This document shows, piece by piece, positions 48,888 through 57,860 of a DNA stretch of 64,000 nucleotides. Positions within the stretch are counted from its first letter, which is position 1. The number at the start of each line of letters is the position of its first letter. A program made the position numbers and the translations under genes. The DNA comes from an uncultured Chloroflexia bacterium (GTDB lineage: Bacteria; Chloroflexota; Limnocylindria; Limnocylindrales; CSP1-4), in assembly GCA_963813535.1 (NCBI GenBank), contig CAWEZH010000002.1, positions 1,696,001 to 1,760,000 of the forward strand. The letters are read 5' to 3'. The notes under the pieces are model-generated. The model saw only the letters and a program-made list of their open reading frames with translations, was not told the DNA's origin and ran no database searches.

Positions 48888-49948
48888 GGATCGGGCGTCG
48901 CCTCGGGCGCCTCCCGTCGCAGGCGCTCCGCGAGTCGCTTCTCCCGGTCGCGGATGAGGGCCATCTCCTCCGCCGCCCGCCTGTCCGTCCGGACGGCGTC
49001 GCGACTCTCGGCACGCGACCAACCGAGGAGGATCGCCAAGGTGGCGGCGAGGAAGATCATGTCGCCGATGACCCACATGAAGGCTGCGGCGATCTGCTGA
49101 TCCTCGAGCGGCGTGGGACCCCACGACCGCTGGACCGTGGCGTAATGCGGGTACAGCACGGTCTGGGCGTTGAGGATCACGACCGCAAGGAACGTGTTCT
49201 GGGTCATCTGGAGGAACACGTAGAGCGCTCGTGCCGGGTGCGACATCCGCCAGGGCGCCGGGTCAAGCGCGACGGCGGGCCACCAGAAGAGCAAGGCCGC
49301 ACCGAGGTAGACCGCGTGTTCGAAGTCGTGGATGAGCGGGTCCTCGAGCGCCGCGTCGAACAGCGGCGAGAAGTGGCTGACCCAGAGCACGCCCGCGAAG
49401 ATGAGCCACGCCACCACCGGGAACGCGAGGAAGCGCATCACGCGGCTGTGGAGGATCGGCAGGATCCAGCGGCGCCGGGTCGCCGGCGAGGAGACGCGGA
49501 GGATGAGCGTCACCGGCGCCGAGAGCGCGATGAGGGGCGCGACCACCAGCGTCAGGAGCACGTGCTGGACCATGTGGATCGAGAAGAGGGTCGTGTCGTA
49601 GCGATCGATCCCGGAAAGCAGGGCGAACGCCAAGGCGACCATCCCGCCGACGAACGCCATGGACCGACGACGAGGCACGGGGTTGGCGGGGTGGGCGACA
49701 TCGACCCGCCGCACGGCCCAGAACCACCAGGCGAGTGCGACGAGGATGCCCAGGGTCGGTAACGGCTCGAACGTCCAGCCGAGAAGGAGCGAGGCCGGCG
49801 TGGGCGGTTCGGTCGGGGCGGGTCCATGCGCCGCCACGGGGACCGCGGCGACGGCGACCCCGACGACGGCGCCGACCGTCGCGAGGCCGGCTACCGGCGT
49901 CCGCGCACGGTGTCGCCCCGCGGATCCGACGGCGCTCGTGATGCGCAT
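48860..49948 (-). CDS. ctaG: Cytochrome c oxidase assembly factor, Caa3_CtaG family
   Basis: LFSIHMVQH..L, H..EH, FWW, DQQ.AA..MW..GD. Start is approximate. Confidence 0.85.
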   Translation of the reverse strand: MRITSAVGSAGRHRARTPVAGLATVGAVVGVAVAAVPVAAHGPAPTEPPTPASLLLGWTFEPLPTLGILVALAWWFWAVRRVDVAHPANPVPRRRSMAFVGGMVALAFALLSGIDRYDTTLFSIHMVQHVLLTLVVAPLIALSAPVTLILRVSSPATRRRWILPILHSRVMRFLAFPVVAWLIFAGVLWVSHFSPLFDAALEDPLIHDFEHAVYLGAALLFWWPAVALDPAPWRMSHPARALYVFLQMTQNTFLAVVILNAQTVLYPHYATVQRSWGPTPLEDQQIAAAFMWVIGDMIFLAATLAILLGWSRAESRDAVRTDRRAAEEMALIRDREKRLAERLRREAPEATPDPQPGSGASR

Positions 49949-50093
49949 GTCCGCATCGTCCCACGCCGCGTCGCGCACCGCCTCGAGCCGATGTAGCGGC
50001 CGCGCGATGCGCCGATGGTGCGCGGTAATATGACGATGGTCCGACCCGGGCGGGTCCGGACGCGTCCGCCTCCCACCCGCACCGAGGAGCTGC

Positions 50094-51275
50094 ATGGCGA
50101 GTTCCCCCAGGACCGGCCGCTCATCCGTCGGGATGGTCGCGTTGGTGGTCGGCGCACTCCTGCTCCTCGGGGCCGCGATGGTGATCGTCCTGGGGTTCGA
50201 CCCGGTTCGGGTCAGCCAGGGGGTCCTGGCTAGCTTCTTCCCGCCGCAGGCGATCACGGACCGTGGCGCCAAGATCCGCGAGCTCTACGACCTCGTGTTC
50301 GGGATCGCGGTCGTCATCTTCTTCGTGGTCGAGGGACTGATCGTCTGGAGTGTCATCCGCTACCGACGCCGGCCTGGTGATGACGAGCTGCCACCACAGA
50401 CCCATGGCAACGCGATCGCCGAGGTCGTCTGGACGGTCGTGCCGACGATCATCGTCGCGGTCATGTTCGTGGCGTCATGGGCGACGCTGAACACCGTGGA
50501 AGCCACGTCACCGGCTCCGGAGCACAAGGTGCGCGCAGTGGCCGCGCAGTTCCTGTGGACGTTCGACTACATGCCCGACGATTACGACCCGAAGTCCACG
50601 AAGGAGTTCGAGCCGCTCTATACGGTGACCACGCCCGAGGGCCCCGACGGCGGTCTGACGTTGCCCGTCGGTCGGACGATCCACCTGTACCTGCAGAGCC
50701 CAGACGTCATCCACGCGTTCTATGTCCCCCAATTCCTGTTCAAGCGCGACGTGGTCCCCGGCCGGGTGAACAACTTCGAGTTCACGCTCAATGAGCAGGA
50801 CGCGGGCGGGACATTCCATGGGCAATGCGCCGAGCTGTGCGGTTCCGGTCACAACTCGATGCACTTCGATGTCCACGCGATGGCCGCAGCGGAATTCGAC
50901 ACATGGCTCGAGACCAAGATCGCCGAGGCCGCGGCGTCGCCGCCACCCCCGCCGTCGGGTGAGCCCGGTCAGTCAGGCGAGCCGGCGGGCGGCCCCGTCC
51001 TGATGCTGGCCGCCGAGCAGGTCGCGTTCGACACGGCCGAGTTGTCCGCGCCCGCCGACACCCCATTCAAGATCGAGTTCGACAACCGCGACCCGTCGAT
51101 CCCGCACAACGTGGCGATCCACGAGGGATCCCCGACGGGTCCCGAGGTCTTCCGTGGCGAAGTCTTCCCCGGCCCGGCCAAGAAGACATACGACGTACCG
51201 GCGTTGCAGGCCGGTAGTTATGGCTTCATCTGCTCGGTCCATCCGACCATGGCCGGCACACTCACGGTCCAGTAG
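50094..51275 (+). CDS. coxB: Cytochrome c oxidase subunit II with extra C-terminal cupredoxin
   Basis: HGN...E..WT..P, DVIHAF, CuA motif CAELCGSGHNSM, Pro linker, then PHNV...CSVHPTM. Confidence 0.92.
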   Translation: MASSPRTGRSSVGMVALVVGALLLLGAAMVIVLGFDPVRVSQGVLASFFPPQAITDRGAKIRELYDLVFGIAVVIFFVVEGLIVWSVIRYRRRPGDDELPPQTHGNAIAEVVWTVVPTIIVAVMFVASWATLNTVEATSPAPEHKVRAVAAQFLWTFDYMPDDYDPKSTKEFEPLYTVTTPEGPDGGLTLPVGRTIHLYLQSPDVIHAFYVPQFLFKRDVVPGRVNNFEFTLNEQDAGGTFHGQCAELCGSGHNSMHFDVHAMAAAEFDTWLETKIAEAAASPPPPPSGEPGQSGEPAGGPVLMLAAEQVAFDTAELSAPADTPFKIEFDNRDPSIPHNVAIHEGSPTGPEVFRGEVFPGPAKKTYDVPALQAGSYGFICSVHPTMAGTLTVQ

Positions 51276-51284
51276 GAGTCCATC

Positions 51285-52952
51285 GTGGCGACAACCGCGC
51301 TCCACCCGGCCGCCTCCACGTACCGCAGCACCCTGTACGAGTGGATCACGACCACCGATCACAAGAAGATCGGGATCATGTACCTGATCAACTCGTTCCT
51401 CTTCTTCTTCATCGGAGGGCTGCTGGCACTCGGCGTGCGCACAGAGCTCGCCCAGCCCGGTCTGCAATTCGTCTCCGACCAGACCTACAACGAGCTGTTC
51501 ACGATGCACGCCACGTTCATGATCTTCCTGTTCATCATCCCGATCCTGGCGGGCTTCGGGAACTACATCGTGCCGCTCCAGATCGGCGCGCCCGACGTCG
51601 CCTTCCCGCGCATCAACGCCCTGTCGCTGTGGATGCTGCCGATGGCCGGGATCCTGCTGCTGCTGAGCTTCTTCGTCGGCGGTGCGCCGGCAGCGGGCTG
51701 GACGAGCTACGCGCCACTCAGCGAGGACCGGCCACTCGGGGCGGTCGGCCCCGGCCAGGACCTGTGGCTCGTCGCGGTGGTCCTGATCGGGACCAGCTCG
51801 ATCCTCGGCGCCGTGAACTTCCTCGTGACGATCTTCAAGATGCGGGCGCCCGGCATGACCCTCTTCCGGATGCCGATCATGGTCTGGACCGTGCTGGTCA
51901 CGTCGGTGCTGGGACTGCTCGCCACGCCGGTCCTGACCAGTGCCCTGATCATGCTGTTCATCGACCGCAACTTCGGCGGCAGCTTCTTCGACCCGCGGAA
52001 CGGCGGCGACGCGATCCTGTACCAGAACACGTTCTGGTTCTACTCACACCCCGCCGTGTACATCATGGTCCTGCCCGCGATGGGCATGATCAGCGAGATC
52101 CTGCCGGTCTTCAGCCGCAAGCCGCTGTTCGGCTACAAGGCGTTCGTCTTCGCCACCGCCGCCATCGGCGCGCTGGGCTTCTCGGTCTGGGCACATCACA
52201 TGTTCACGACCGGGGCGGTCTACTTGCCGTTCTTCAGCCTCATGACGTTCCTCATCGCCGTGCCGACCGGCGTGAAGATGTTCAACTGGGTCTTCACGAT
52301 GTGGCGCGGGAAGCTGAGCCTGTCGACACCACTGCTGTTCGCGCTCGGCTTCCTGAGCATGTTCCTCATCGGCGGCATCAATGGCGCCTTCTCCGCCGCG
52401 GTCCCGGTCGACTTCGCCCTGCACGACACGTACTGGGTCGTGGCCCATCTCCACTACGTCCTGTTCGGCGGATCGGTGTTCGGCGTGATGGCCGGCCTCT
52501 ACTACTGGTTCCCCAAGATGACCGGCCGGATGCTCGGCGAGGGTCTCGGCAAGGTCCAGTTCGTGCTGATGTTCATCGGCTTCAACCTGACGTTCTTCCC
52601 GATGCATCAGCTCGGCCTGGCCGGCATGCCGAGGCGGATCGCGGACTACTCGTCGACCGCGGGCTGGAACGATCTCAACCTCGCGGCGACGGTGGGCGGC
52701 TTCCTGATCGCGACCAGCATGCTGCCGCTGCTCTGGAACATCTTCGTCTCCCTCCGCAGCGGCAAGCCGGCCGGCGACGATCCGTGGGAGGGCAACACCC
52801 TCGAATGGGGGACGAGCTCACCACCACCGTCCTACAACTTCGACCACCTGCCGGACATCCGGTCGGAGCGGCCGATCTTCGACATGCGGCACGGTCACGC
52901 CGCGCCCGCCGCGACGACCCCGCTGCCCCAGTCGGCCTCGGGGAGCGATTGA
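51285..52952 (+). CDS. coxA: Cytochrome c oxidase subunit I, A2-type
   Basis: TDHKKIG, TMHA, WFYSHPAVY (YS motif), WAHHM, HDTYWVVAHLHY, GMPRR. Confidence 0.96.
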   Translation: MATTALHPAASTYRSTLYEWITTTDHKKIGIMYLINSFLFFFIGGLLALGVRTELAQPGLQFVSDQTYNELFTMHATFMIFLFIIPILAGFGNYIVPLQIGAPDVAFPRINALSLWMLPMAGILLLLSFFVGGAPAAGWTSYAPLSEDRPLGAVGPGQDLWLVAVVLIGTSSILGAVNFLVTIFKMRAPGMTLFRMPIMVWTVLVTSVLGLLATPVLTSALIMLFIDRNFGGSFFDPRNGGDAILYQNTFWFYSHPAVYIMVLPAMGMISEILPVFSRKPLFGYKAFVFATAAIGALGFSVWAHHMFTTGAVYLPFFSLMTFLIAVPTGVKMFNWVFTMWRGKLSLSTPLLFALGFLSMFLIGGINGAFSAAVPVDFALHDTYWVVAHLHYVLFGGSVFGVMAGLYYWFPKMTGRMLGEGLGKVQFVLMFIGFNLTFFPMHQLGLAGMPRRIADYSSTAGWNDLNLAATVGGFLIATSMLPLLWNIFVSLRSGKPAGDDPWEGNTLEWGTSSPPPSYNFDHLPDIRSERPIFDMRHGHAAPAATTPLPQSASGSD

Positions 52953-52956
52953 CGCG

Positions 52957-53613
52957 ATGAGCACCGACAGCCACGCCCTGACGACGCAGGAGCACAGCCC
53001 GGTCGCGGGTCTGGCGCACGACTCCCGCGGCGGCATCAGCAATGTCGTCCTGGGGATGCTGCTGTTCATCACCTCGGAGGTGATGTTCTTCGCCGGGCTG
53101 TTCGCCGCGTATTTCAACGTCCGCGCGAATGCTCCGTCGTGGCCGCCGATCAACGCCGAGACCGGCGAGCCGTTCCACCTCGAGATCCTGCCGCTCGTCG
53201 GTCCCGCGACGGTCCTGCTGATCCTGTCGTCGTTCACCTGTCAGTTCGCCGTCTGGGCGATCCGGCGCGACGACCGGACGGCGTTCCTGCGCAACATCGG
53301 CGTCACGTTCGTCATCGGCGTCGTCTTCCTGCTCATGCAGGGCACCGACTACATCCTGCTCGCCAACGAGGGCATCACGATGTCGGCGGGCACGTTCGGC
53401 ACGACGTACTTCACGCTGACCGGCTTCCACGGGGCGCACGTCTTCGGAGGGGCGATCATGCTCGCGGTCGTGCTCTATCGCGGCCTCGCCGGCCAGTTCT
53501 CGTCGCGCCACCATGACGCGGTCGAGGCGGTGTCGTTGTACTGGCACTTCGTCGACGTCGTGTGGATCCTGCTCTTCTCGTTGCTCTACCTGCTGCCCGG
53601 GACGGCGGGCTAG
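52957..53613 (+). CDS. coxC: Cytochrome c oxidase subunit III
   Basis: FITSEVMFF, TGFHGAHV, YWHFVDVVW. Confidence 0.93.
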   Translation: MSTDSHALTTQEHSPVAGLAHDSRGGISNVVLGMLLFITSEVMFFAGLFAAYFNVRANAPSWPPINAETGEPFHLEILPLVGPATVLLILSSFTCQFAVWAIRRDDRTAFLRNIGVTFVIGVVFLLMQGTDYILLANEGITMSAGTFGTTYFTLTGFHGAHVFGGAIMLAVVLYRGLAGQFSSRHHDAVEAVSLYWHFVDVVWILLFSLLYLLPGTAG

Positions 53614-53617
53614 CCGT

Positions 53618-53812
53618 ATGCATCCCCTCCGCCACCCCCGCAACGCGATCGTCGTCGGCCTGTTCTTCGCCGGCGCCGGAGCCGTGTACTGGGGCGTCCA
53701 GGCTTTCGCTGGGTGGCCGGTCGACTACGCGGGGGTGACGATGCTGTTCCTGCTCGGCGTGGCCACCAGCATCCTCGCGTACGTGCTGATCGCCGGCTCC
53801 CCGAACGACTGA
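53618..53812 (+). CDS. Small two-TM protein, resembling the N-half of oxidase subunit IV (CtaF)
   Basis: 64 aa with two hydrophobic helices and a DYAG.T.L motif, inside the cox operon. Confidence 0.6.
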   Translation: MHPLRHPRNAIVVGLFFAGAGAVYWGVQAFAGWPVDYAGVTMLFLLGVATSILAYVLIAGSPND

Positions 53813-53821
53813 CCCGGTTCC

Positions 53822-54901
53822 ATGTTCGAGGACTTCTGGAACGGGATCCTGGAGCTGACGAGCAAGTTCGTCATCCCGGATTGGGGCAGCGTGGTCGCGA
53901 TGCTCCCGGTCCTGATCTTCGTGTTGGCCGTGCTCGTCACTGCGGTGTTGTTCTGGAGGCTGTGGCGCCAACCGAAGCGCGTCCCGGGCAGGGGCCGCGT
54001 GGAACCGCAGCCACCGGCTGGCGTGCACATGCCGGGTCCGTCGCTGGCACCGCCCCTCGCGGCGATCGGCGCGTTCCTGCTCTTCCTCGGGATCGTCTTC
54101 GGCGGGCCGCTCCTGATCATCGGCGCGATCGGGTTGTCGGTAACGCTGCTGTACTGGTTGGCCGAATTGGTCCGCCTGTACGAGCACGACATCGGTTCGA
54201 CCGTGCCGGAACTCCCTGCCGCGGTGCACGACGGCCCGCCCCCGGGTGTCCACATGCCGGGTCCGTCGTTCCTGCCGTTCCTCGCCGCGTTCGGGATGGC
54301 CATGCTGATGCTCGGCCTCGTGTTCGGGGAGTGGCTGCTGGCGGTCGGCGTCATCGGACTGGTCATGAGCCTGCTCGGGTGGATGACCGCGGCGCGACGC
54401 GAATACGTCCAGACCGTGGAAGCGGACGCGACGGGTCACCTCGAGCCGCTGCCCGACCCGCGACCCCCCAAGCTGTTGCTCACCGGGCTCACGCTCCTGC
54501 TCGTCGCGGGAGCCGTCATCCAGGCCGGTTGGATCCCTCCTCGCGCCGCCGGTGGCGAGTCGGGGCCGGGAGCATCACCCGGGGCGTCCGGAGCGCCCGG
54601 TCAGCCGAGCGGCGGACCGCCCGCCGGCGGACCCGTCGTCCATGCCAAGGACGTCCAGTTCGTCGACAAGACCTTCATCGCTCCGGCCGAGAAGCCATTC
54701 GAGCTCGAGTTCGTGAACGAGGACGACAGCATCCCGCACAACATCGAGATCAAGGACGAGGCGGGTGCGAGCGTGTTCAAGGGCGAGGTCATCACGGGCG
54801 TGGCAACGACCGCGTACAAGGTCCCTGCTCTCGCGGCTGGGACGTATCCGTATATCTGCACCGTGCACCCGACGATGACCGGGTCGGCGACCGTCGAGTA
54901 G
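53822..54901 (+). CDS. Membrane protein with two subunit-IV-like repeats and a C-terminal cupredoxin
   Basis: Repeat PP.GVHMPGPS..P, each followed by a TM hairpin; C-terminal PHNI...CTVHPTM. Confidence 0.75.
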   Translation: MFEDFWNGILELTSKFVIPDWGSVVAMLPVLIFVLAVLVTAVLFWRLWRQPKRVPGRGRVEPQPPAGVHMPGPSLAPPLAAIGAFLLFLGIVFGGPLLIIGAIGLSVTLLYWLAELVRLYEHDIGSTVPELPAAVHDGPPPGVHMPGPSFLPFLAAFGMAMLMLGLVFGEWLLAVGVIGLVMSLLGWMTAARREYVQTVEADATGHLEPLPDPRPPKLLLTGLTLLLVAGAVIQAGWIPPRAAGGESGPGASPGASGAPGQPSGGPPAGGPVVHAKDVQFVDKTFIAPAEKPFELEFVNEDDSIPHNIEIKDEAGASVFKGEVITGVATTAYKVPALAAGTYPYICTVHPTMTGSATVE

Positions 54902-54929
54902 CGGTCGAGAAGCGCCAGCCACGGGTCAC

Positions 54930-55448
54930 ATCACGCAGCGTCGCCTGATCCTCGTCGCCCTCGCCATCGCGGCCATCACGACGGCGGGCGTCTGGTGGTT
55001 CGTGAACGGCACCTCGTCGGATGGCCGGGCCGCCATCGGTGAGCCGGCCCCATCGATCACCGGAACCACCCTGGAAGGGACCGCGTTCGACCTGGCGAGC
55101 CTTCGAGGTCGACCGGTCGTCGTCAACTTCTGGGGTCCTTCGTGCGTGCCCTGTCGCGAGGAGTTCCCCCAGTTCCTCCGCGAACTCGACGCGCATCGTG
55201 CGGACGGGCTGGCCGTCGTCGGCGTCCTGACCGACGATCCGGTCGAGCCGGCTCGCCAGTTCGCCACCGAATACGGCGCAACCTGGCCGACGGTCGTCGA
55301 CCCCGGCGAGTCCCTCAAGCGCGCCTACCGGGTGGTGGCCCGCCCGCACACCTGGTTCGTCGACCGCGCCGGCATCATCCGGTCGATGCAGATCGGCGGC
55401 CCGATGACCGACGCGGAGTTCCAGCGCCACTACGACCGGATCCGCTGA
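54930..55448 (+). CDS. TlpA/ResA-like membrane-anchored thiol-disulfide oxidoreductase, start uncertain
   Basis: G.PAP, VVNFWGPSCVPC..E, P.TWFVD..G. The TM anchor lies upstream of the first canonical start (55002) and begins at ATC 54930. Confidence 0.8.
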   Translation: MTQRRLILVALAIAAITTAGVWWFVNGTSSDGRAAIGEPAPSITGTTLEGTAFDLASLRGRPVVVNFWGPSCVPCREEFPQFLRELDAHRADGLAVVGVLTDDPVEPARQFATEYGATWPTVVDPGESLKRAYRVVARPHTWFVDRAGIIRSMQIGGPMTDAEFQRHYDRIR

Positions 55449-55449
55449 C

Positions 55450-56403
55450 GTGGCCGGTCCGGGCGCCGGCGAGCCCGCGATCGCGGTCGACCGACTGACG
55501 ATGCGATACGGCGAGCGGACCGTCATCGACGGCGTCTCCATCGAGGTCCGGGCGGGCGAGATCATCGCACTGCTCGGACCGAACGGCGCCGGCAAGACGA
55601 CGACCGTCGAGATCCTCGAGGGGTATCGCCGGGCCGACGAGGGTGCCGTGCGGGTGCTGGACAGCGACCCCTGGCGGGCGACGCGGGCGCATCGGGCGAG
55701 GGTCGGGCTGATGCTCCAGGCAGGCGGCTTCGACATGCGTGCACGCCCGCTGGAGACGGTCCGCGAATTCGCCGCGTACCACGCCGATCCGCTCGATCCC
55801 GACAGCCTCATCGACGATCTCGGCCTGCGCGAGGTCGCCACCACGCCCTACCGACGGCTGTCCGGCGGTGAGCGTCAGCGGCTCGCGTTCGCGGTAGCCC
55901 TGGTCGGGCGACCCGACGTCCTGATCCTCGACGAGCCCACGGCCGGGATGGATCCGGTGCTGCGCGCGACGGTGCGAGACCGGATCGCTCGAGCACGCGG
56001 CGATGGGACGGCTGTGCTGTTGACCTCGCACGAACTTGCCGAGGTTGAGCGTCTGGCAGACCGGATCGCGGTGCTGGTCAGCGGGCGGATCGTCGCAAGC
56101 GGCACGCCCGGCGAGCTGGCTGCGGGTCTGCGGCCCAGGCTGCGGTTCGGCCTCGACCGGCCGCTCGGCGCCGCCGACATGGAGGGCCTCGGTCGCGCGT
56201 TGGGCGCCGTCGTCGTGGGATCCGGCGAGGCGACTGGCTACGAGACGGCCGCGGCGCCCACGCCCGCGGTGCTGACCGCGCTGGCGACATGGTGCGAGCG
56301 AGAGGGACGCCTCATCACGTGGTCCCGGACGGTCGGCGGCACGCTGGAGGATGCTTACCTGGACCTCGTCGCCGCCACGCCCGACCCAGGGGACAGGGCA
56401 TGA
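55450..56403 (+). CDS. ABC-2 type exporter ATP-binding protein
   Basis: [23 protein letters not shown]. Confidence 0.9.
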   Translation: MAGPGAGEPAIAVDRLTMRYGERTVIDGVSIEVRAGEIIALLGPNGAGKTTTVEILEGYRRADEGAVRVLDSDPWRATRAHRARVGLMLQAGGFDMRARPLETVREFAAYHADPLDPDSLIDDLGLREVATTPYRRLSGGERQRLAFAVALVGRPDVLILDEPTAGMDPVLRATVRDRIARARGDGTAVLLTSHELAEVERLADRIAVLVSGRIVASGTPGELAAGLRPRLRFGLDRPLGAADMEGLGRALGAVVVGSGEATGYETAAAPTPAVLTALATWCEREGRLITWSRTVGGTLEDAYLDLVAATPDPGDRA

Positions 56404-57140
56404 GCCTCGCCGCGTCGTTCGGCCGCGTGGTGGCGACGCGCGCCGCATCCGAGACTCGGCTGACGCTTCGACGTGGAGAGAATCTCCTCGCGATGGTCGG
56501 CCTGCCGGCCGCCGCGCTCGCGTTCTTCGCGACGATCGGCTCGGGCGGAGGCTCGCAGAGCATCGAGACGCTGCTGCCCGGCGTCCTCGCCCTCGCGCTC
56601 GTCGCCAGCGGGCTCGTCAACCTCGGGATCGCGACGGCGTTCGAACGCGGATATGGCGTGCTGAAGCGGCTCGGCGGGTCGCCACTCGGCCGCGACGGGC
56701 TGATCACGGCGAAGCTGGCAGTGGTCGGCGTCATCGCGCTCGTACAGGTCGCCGTGCTGATCATCCTGGCGATCGTCCTGGGCTGGCAACCCGGTCCGCA
56801 GGTGTCGGTGGTGGCAGTCGGTGCGACCGTCGTGATCGGGAGCGCGGCGTTCGCCGCCATCGGGCTGCTCCTGGCGGGGACCCTGCGTCCCGAGGCCACC
56901 CTGGTCGTGGCCAACACCCTCTTCCTCGTCGCGCTGTTGCTCGGCGGCGTGCTGGTTCCTATCAGCGAATTGCCTGAGCCCCTCGCGACCATCGCGCTGA
57001 TCTCGCCGGTCGGAGCGCTGGCGGAGGCATTCCGCGTGGCGCTCGGGGATGGAGCCGGGTCGCTGGATGATCTGGCGGTCGTCGCGGCCTGGGGCGCGAT
57101 CGGGTTGCTCGGCGCGATCCGCACCTTCCGCTGGGAGTGA
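56400..57140 (+). CDS. ABC-2 type exporter permease
   Basis: FER.YG.LKRL..SPL, six TM helices, FRWE end; ATGA overlap. Confidence 0.87.
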   Translation: MSLAASFGRVVATRAASETRLTLRRGENLLAMVGLPAAALAFFATIGSGGGSQSIETLLPGVLALALVASGLVNLGIATAFERGYGVLKRLGGSPLGRDGLITAKLAVVGVIALVQVAVLIILAIVLGWQPGPQVSVVAVGATVVIGSAAFAAIGLLLAGTLRPEATLVVANTLFLVALLLGGVLVPISELPEPLATIALISPVGALAEAFRVALGDGAGSLDDLAVVAAWGAIGLLGAIRTFRWE

Positions 57141-57222
57141 GGCCAAGGATCAGACGCCATGTCGGGCAGACCGCCTGGTCCCAGACAGCGATCCCGCCTG
57201 GCAGCGCGTCGCCCCATGACCT

Positions 57223-57296
57223 GAACCTTTGGCAGGACACCGACGCCATACCCTGAGGAGCACGACCACCATGGGCGTGCCGCATCAGAGGCGACC
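57223..57296 (+). promoter_or_regulatory. Conserved promoter/leader of ECF operon 1
   Basis: GAAC-N14-CGACGCC-N-TACCCT, a GCACG..CGTGC hairpin and GAGG RBS; repeated at 59193-59268. Confidence 0.6.
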
Positions 57297-57860
57297 GTGG
57301 ACCAGCGAGGACTCGTGGAACGAGCGAGGCGGGGCGAGCATGACGCCTTCACCTCGCTCATCGACGTGCACCTCGCGCGGCTGGACGCGGCCGCCCGCCT
57401 GATCCTCCGGGACTCGGAGCTCGCGCGCGACGCAGTCCAGGAGGCACTCATCCGAGCGTGGCGCGATCTGCCGGGTCTCCGCGATCCGGACCGCTTCGAC
57501 GCCTGGCTCCACCGACTTCTCGTCAACGCGTGTCTCGACCTCGTCCGACGCGGCAAGCGCCGGGTGATCGAAGTCGAGCTCTCTCCGATCGATGCCCCGT
57601 CCACCCGCGACTTTGCGAGTGGCCTCGCCGATCGCGAGCTCCTGGATCAGGCTCTCGCGGACCTAGCGCCCGGGCATCGCGCGGTCGTCGCTCTCCATTA
57701 CCTGCTAGGGATGCCGCTACCAGAGGTCGCGGCCGTCCTGCGCATCCCGCCCGGGACCGCCAAGTCACGGCTGCACTACGCGCTCGCCGCGATGCGCCTC
57801 ACCGTGACCGCGGAATCCGAGCCCGCCCCGGTCGCTGTCGCAGGAGGGCATCTGGCATGA
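57297..57860 (+). CDS. ECF sigma-70 factor, copy 1
   Basis: DAVQEA...AW, F.AWL.R...N (region 2); EVA..L..P.GTAKSRLH (region 4). Confidence 0.92.
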   Translation: MDQRGLVERARRGEHDAFTSLIDVHLARLDAAARLILRDSELARDAVQEALIRAWRDLPGLRDPDRFDAWLHRLLVNACLDLVRRGKRRVIEVELSPIDAPSTRDFASGLADRELLDQALADLAPGHRAVVALHYLLGMPLPEVAAVLRIPPGTAKSRLHYALAAMRLTVTAESEPAPVAVAGGHLA

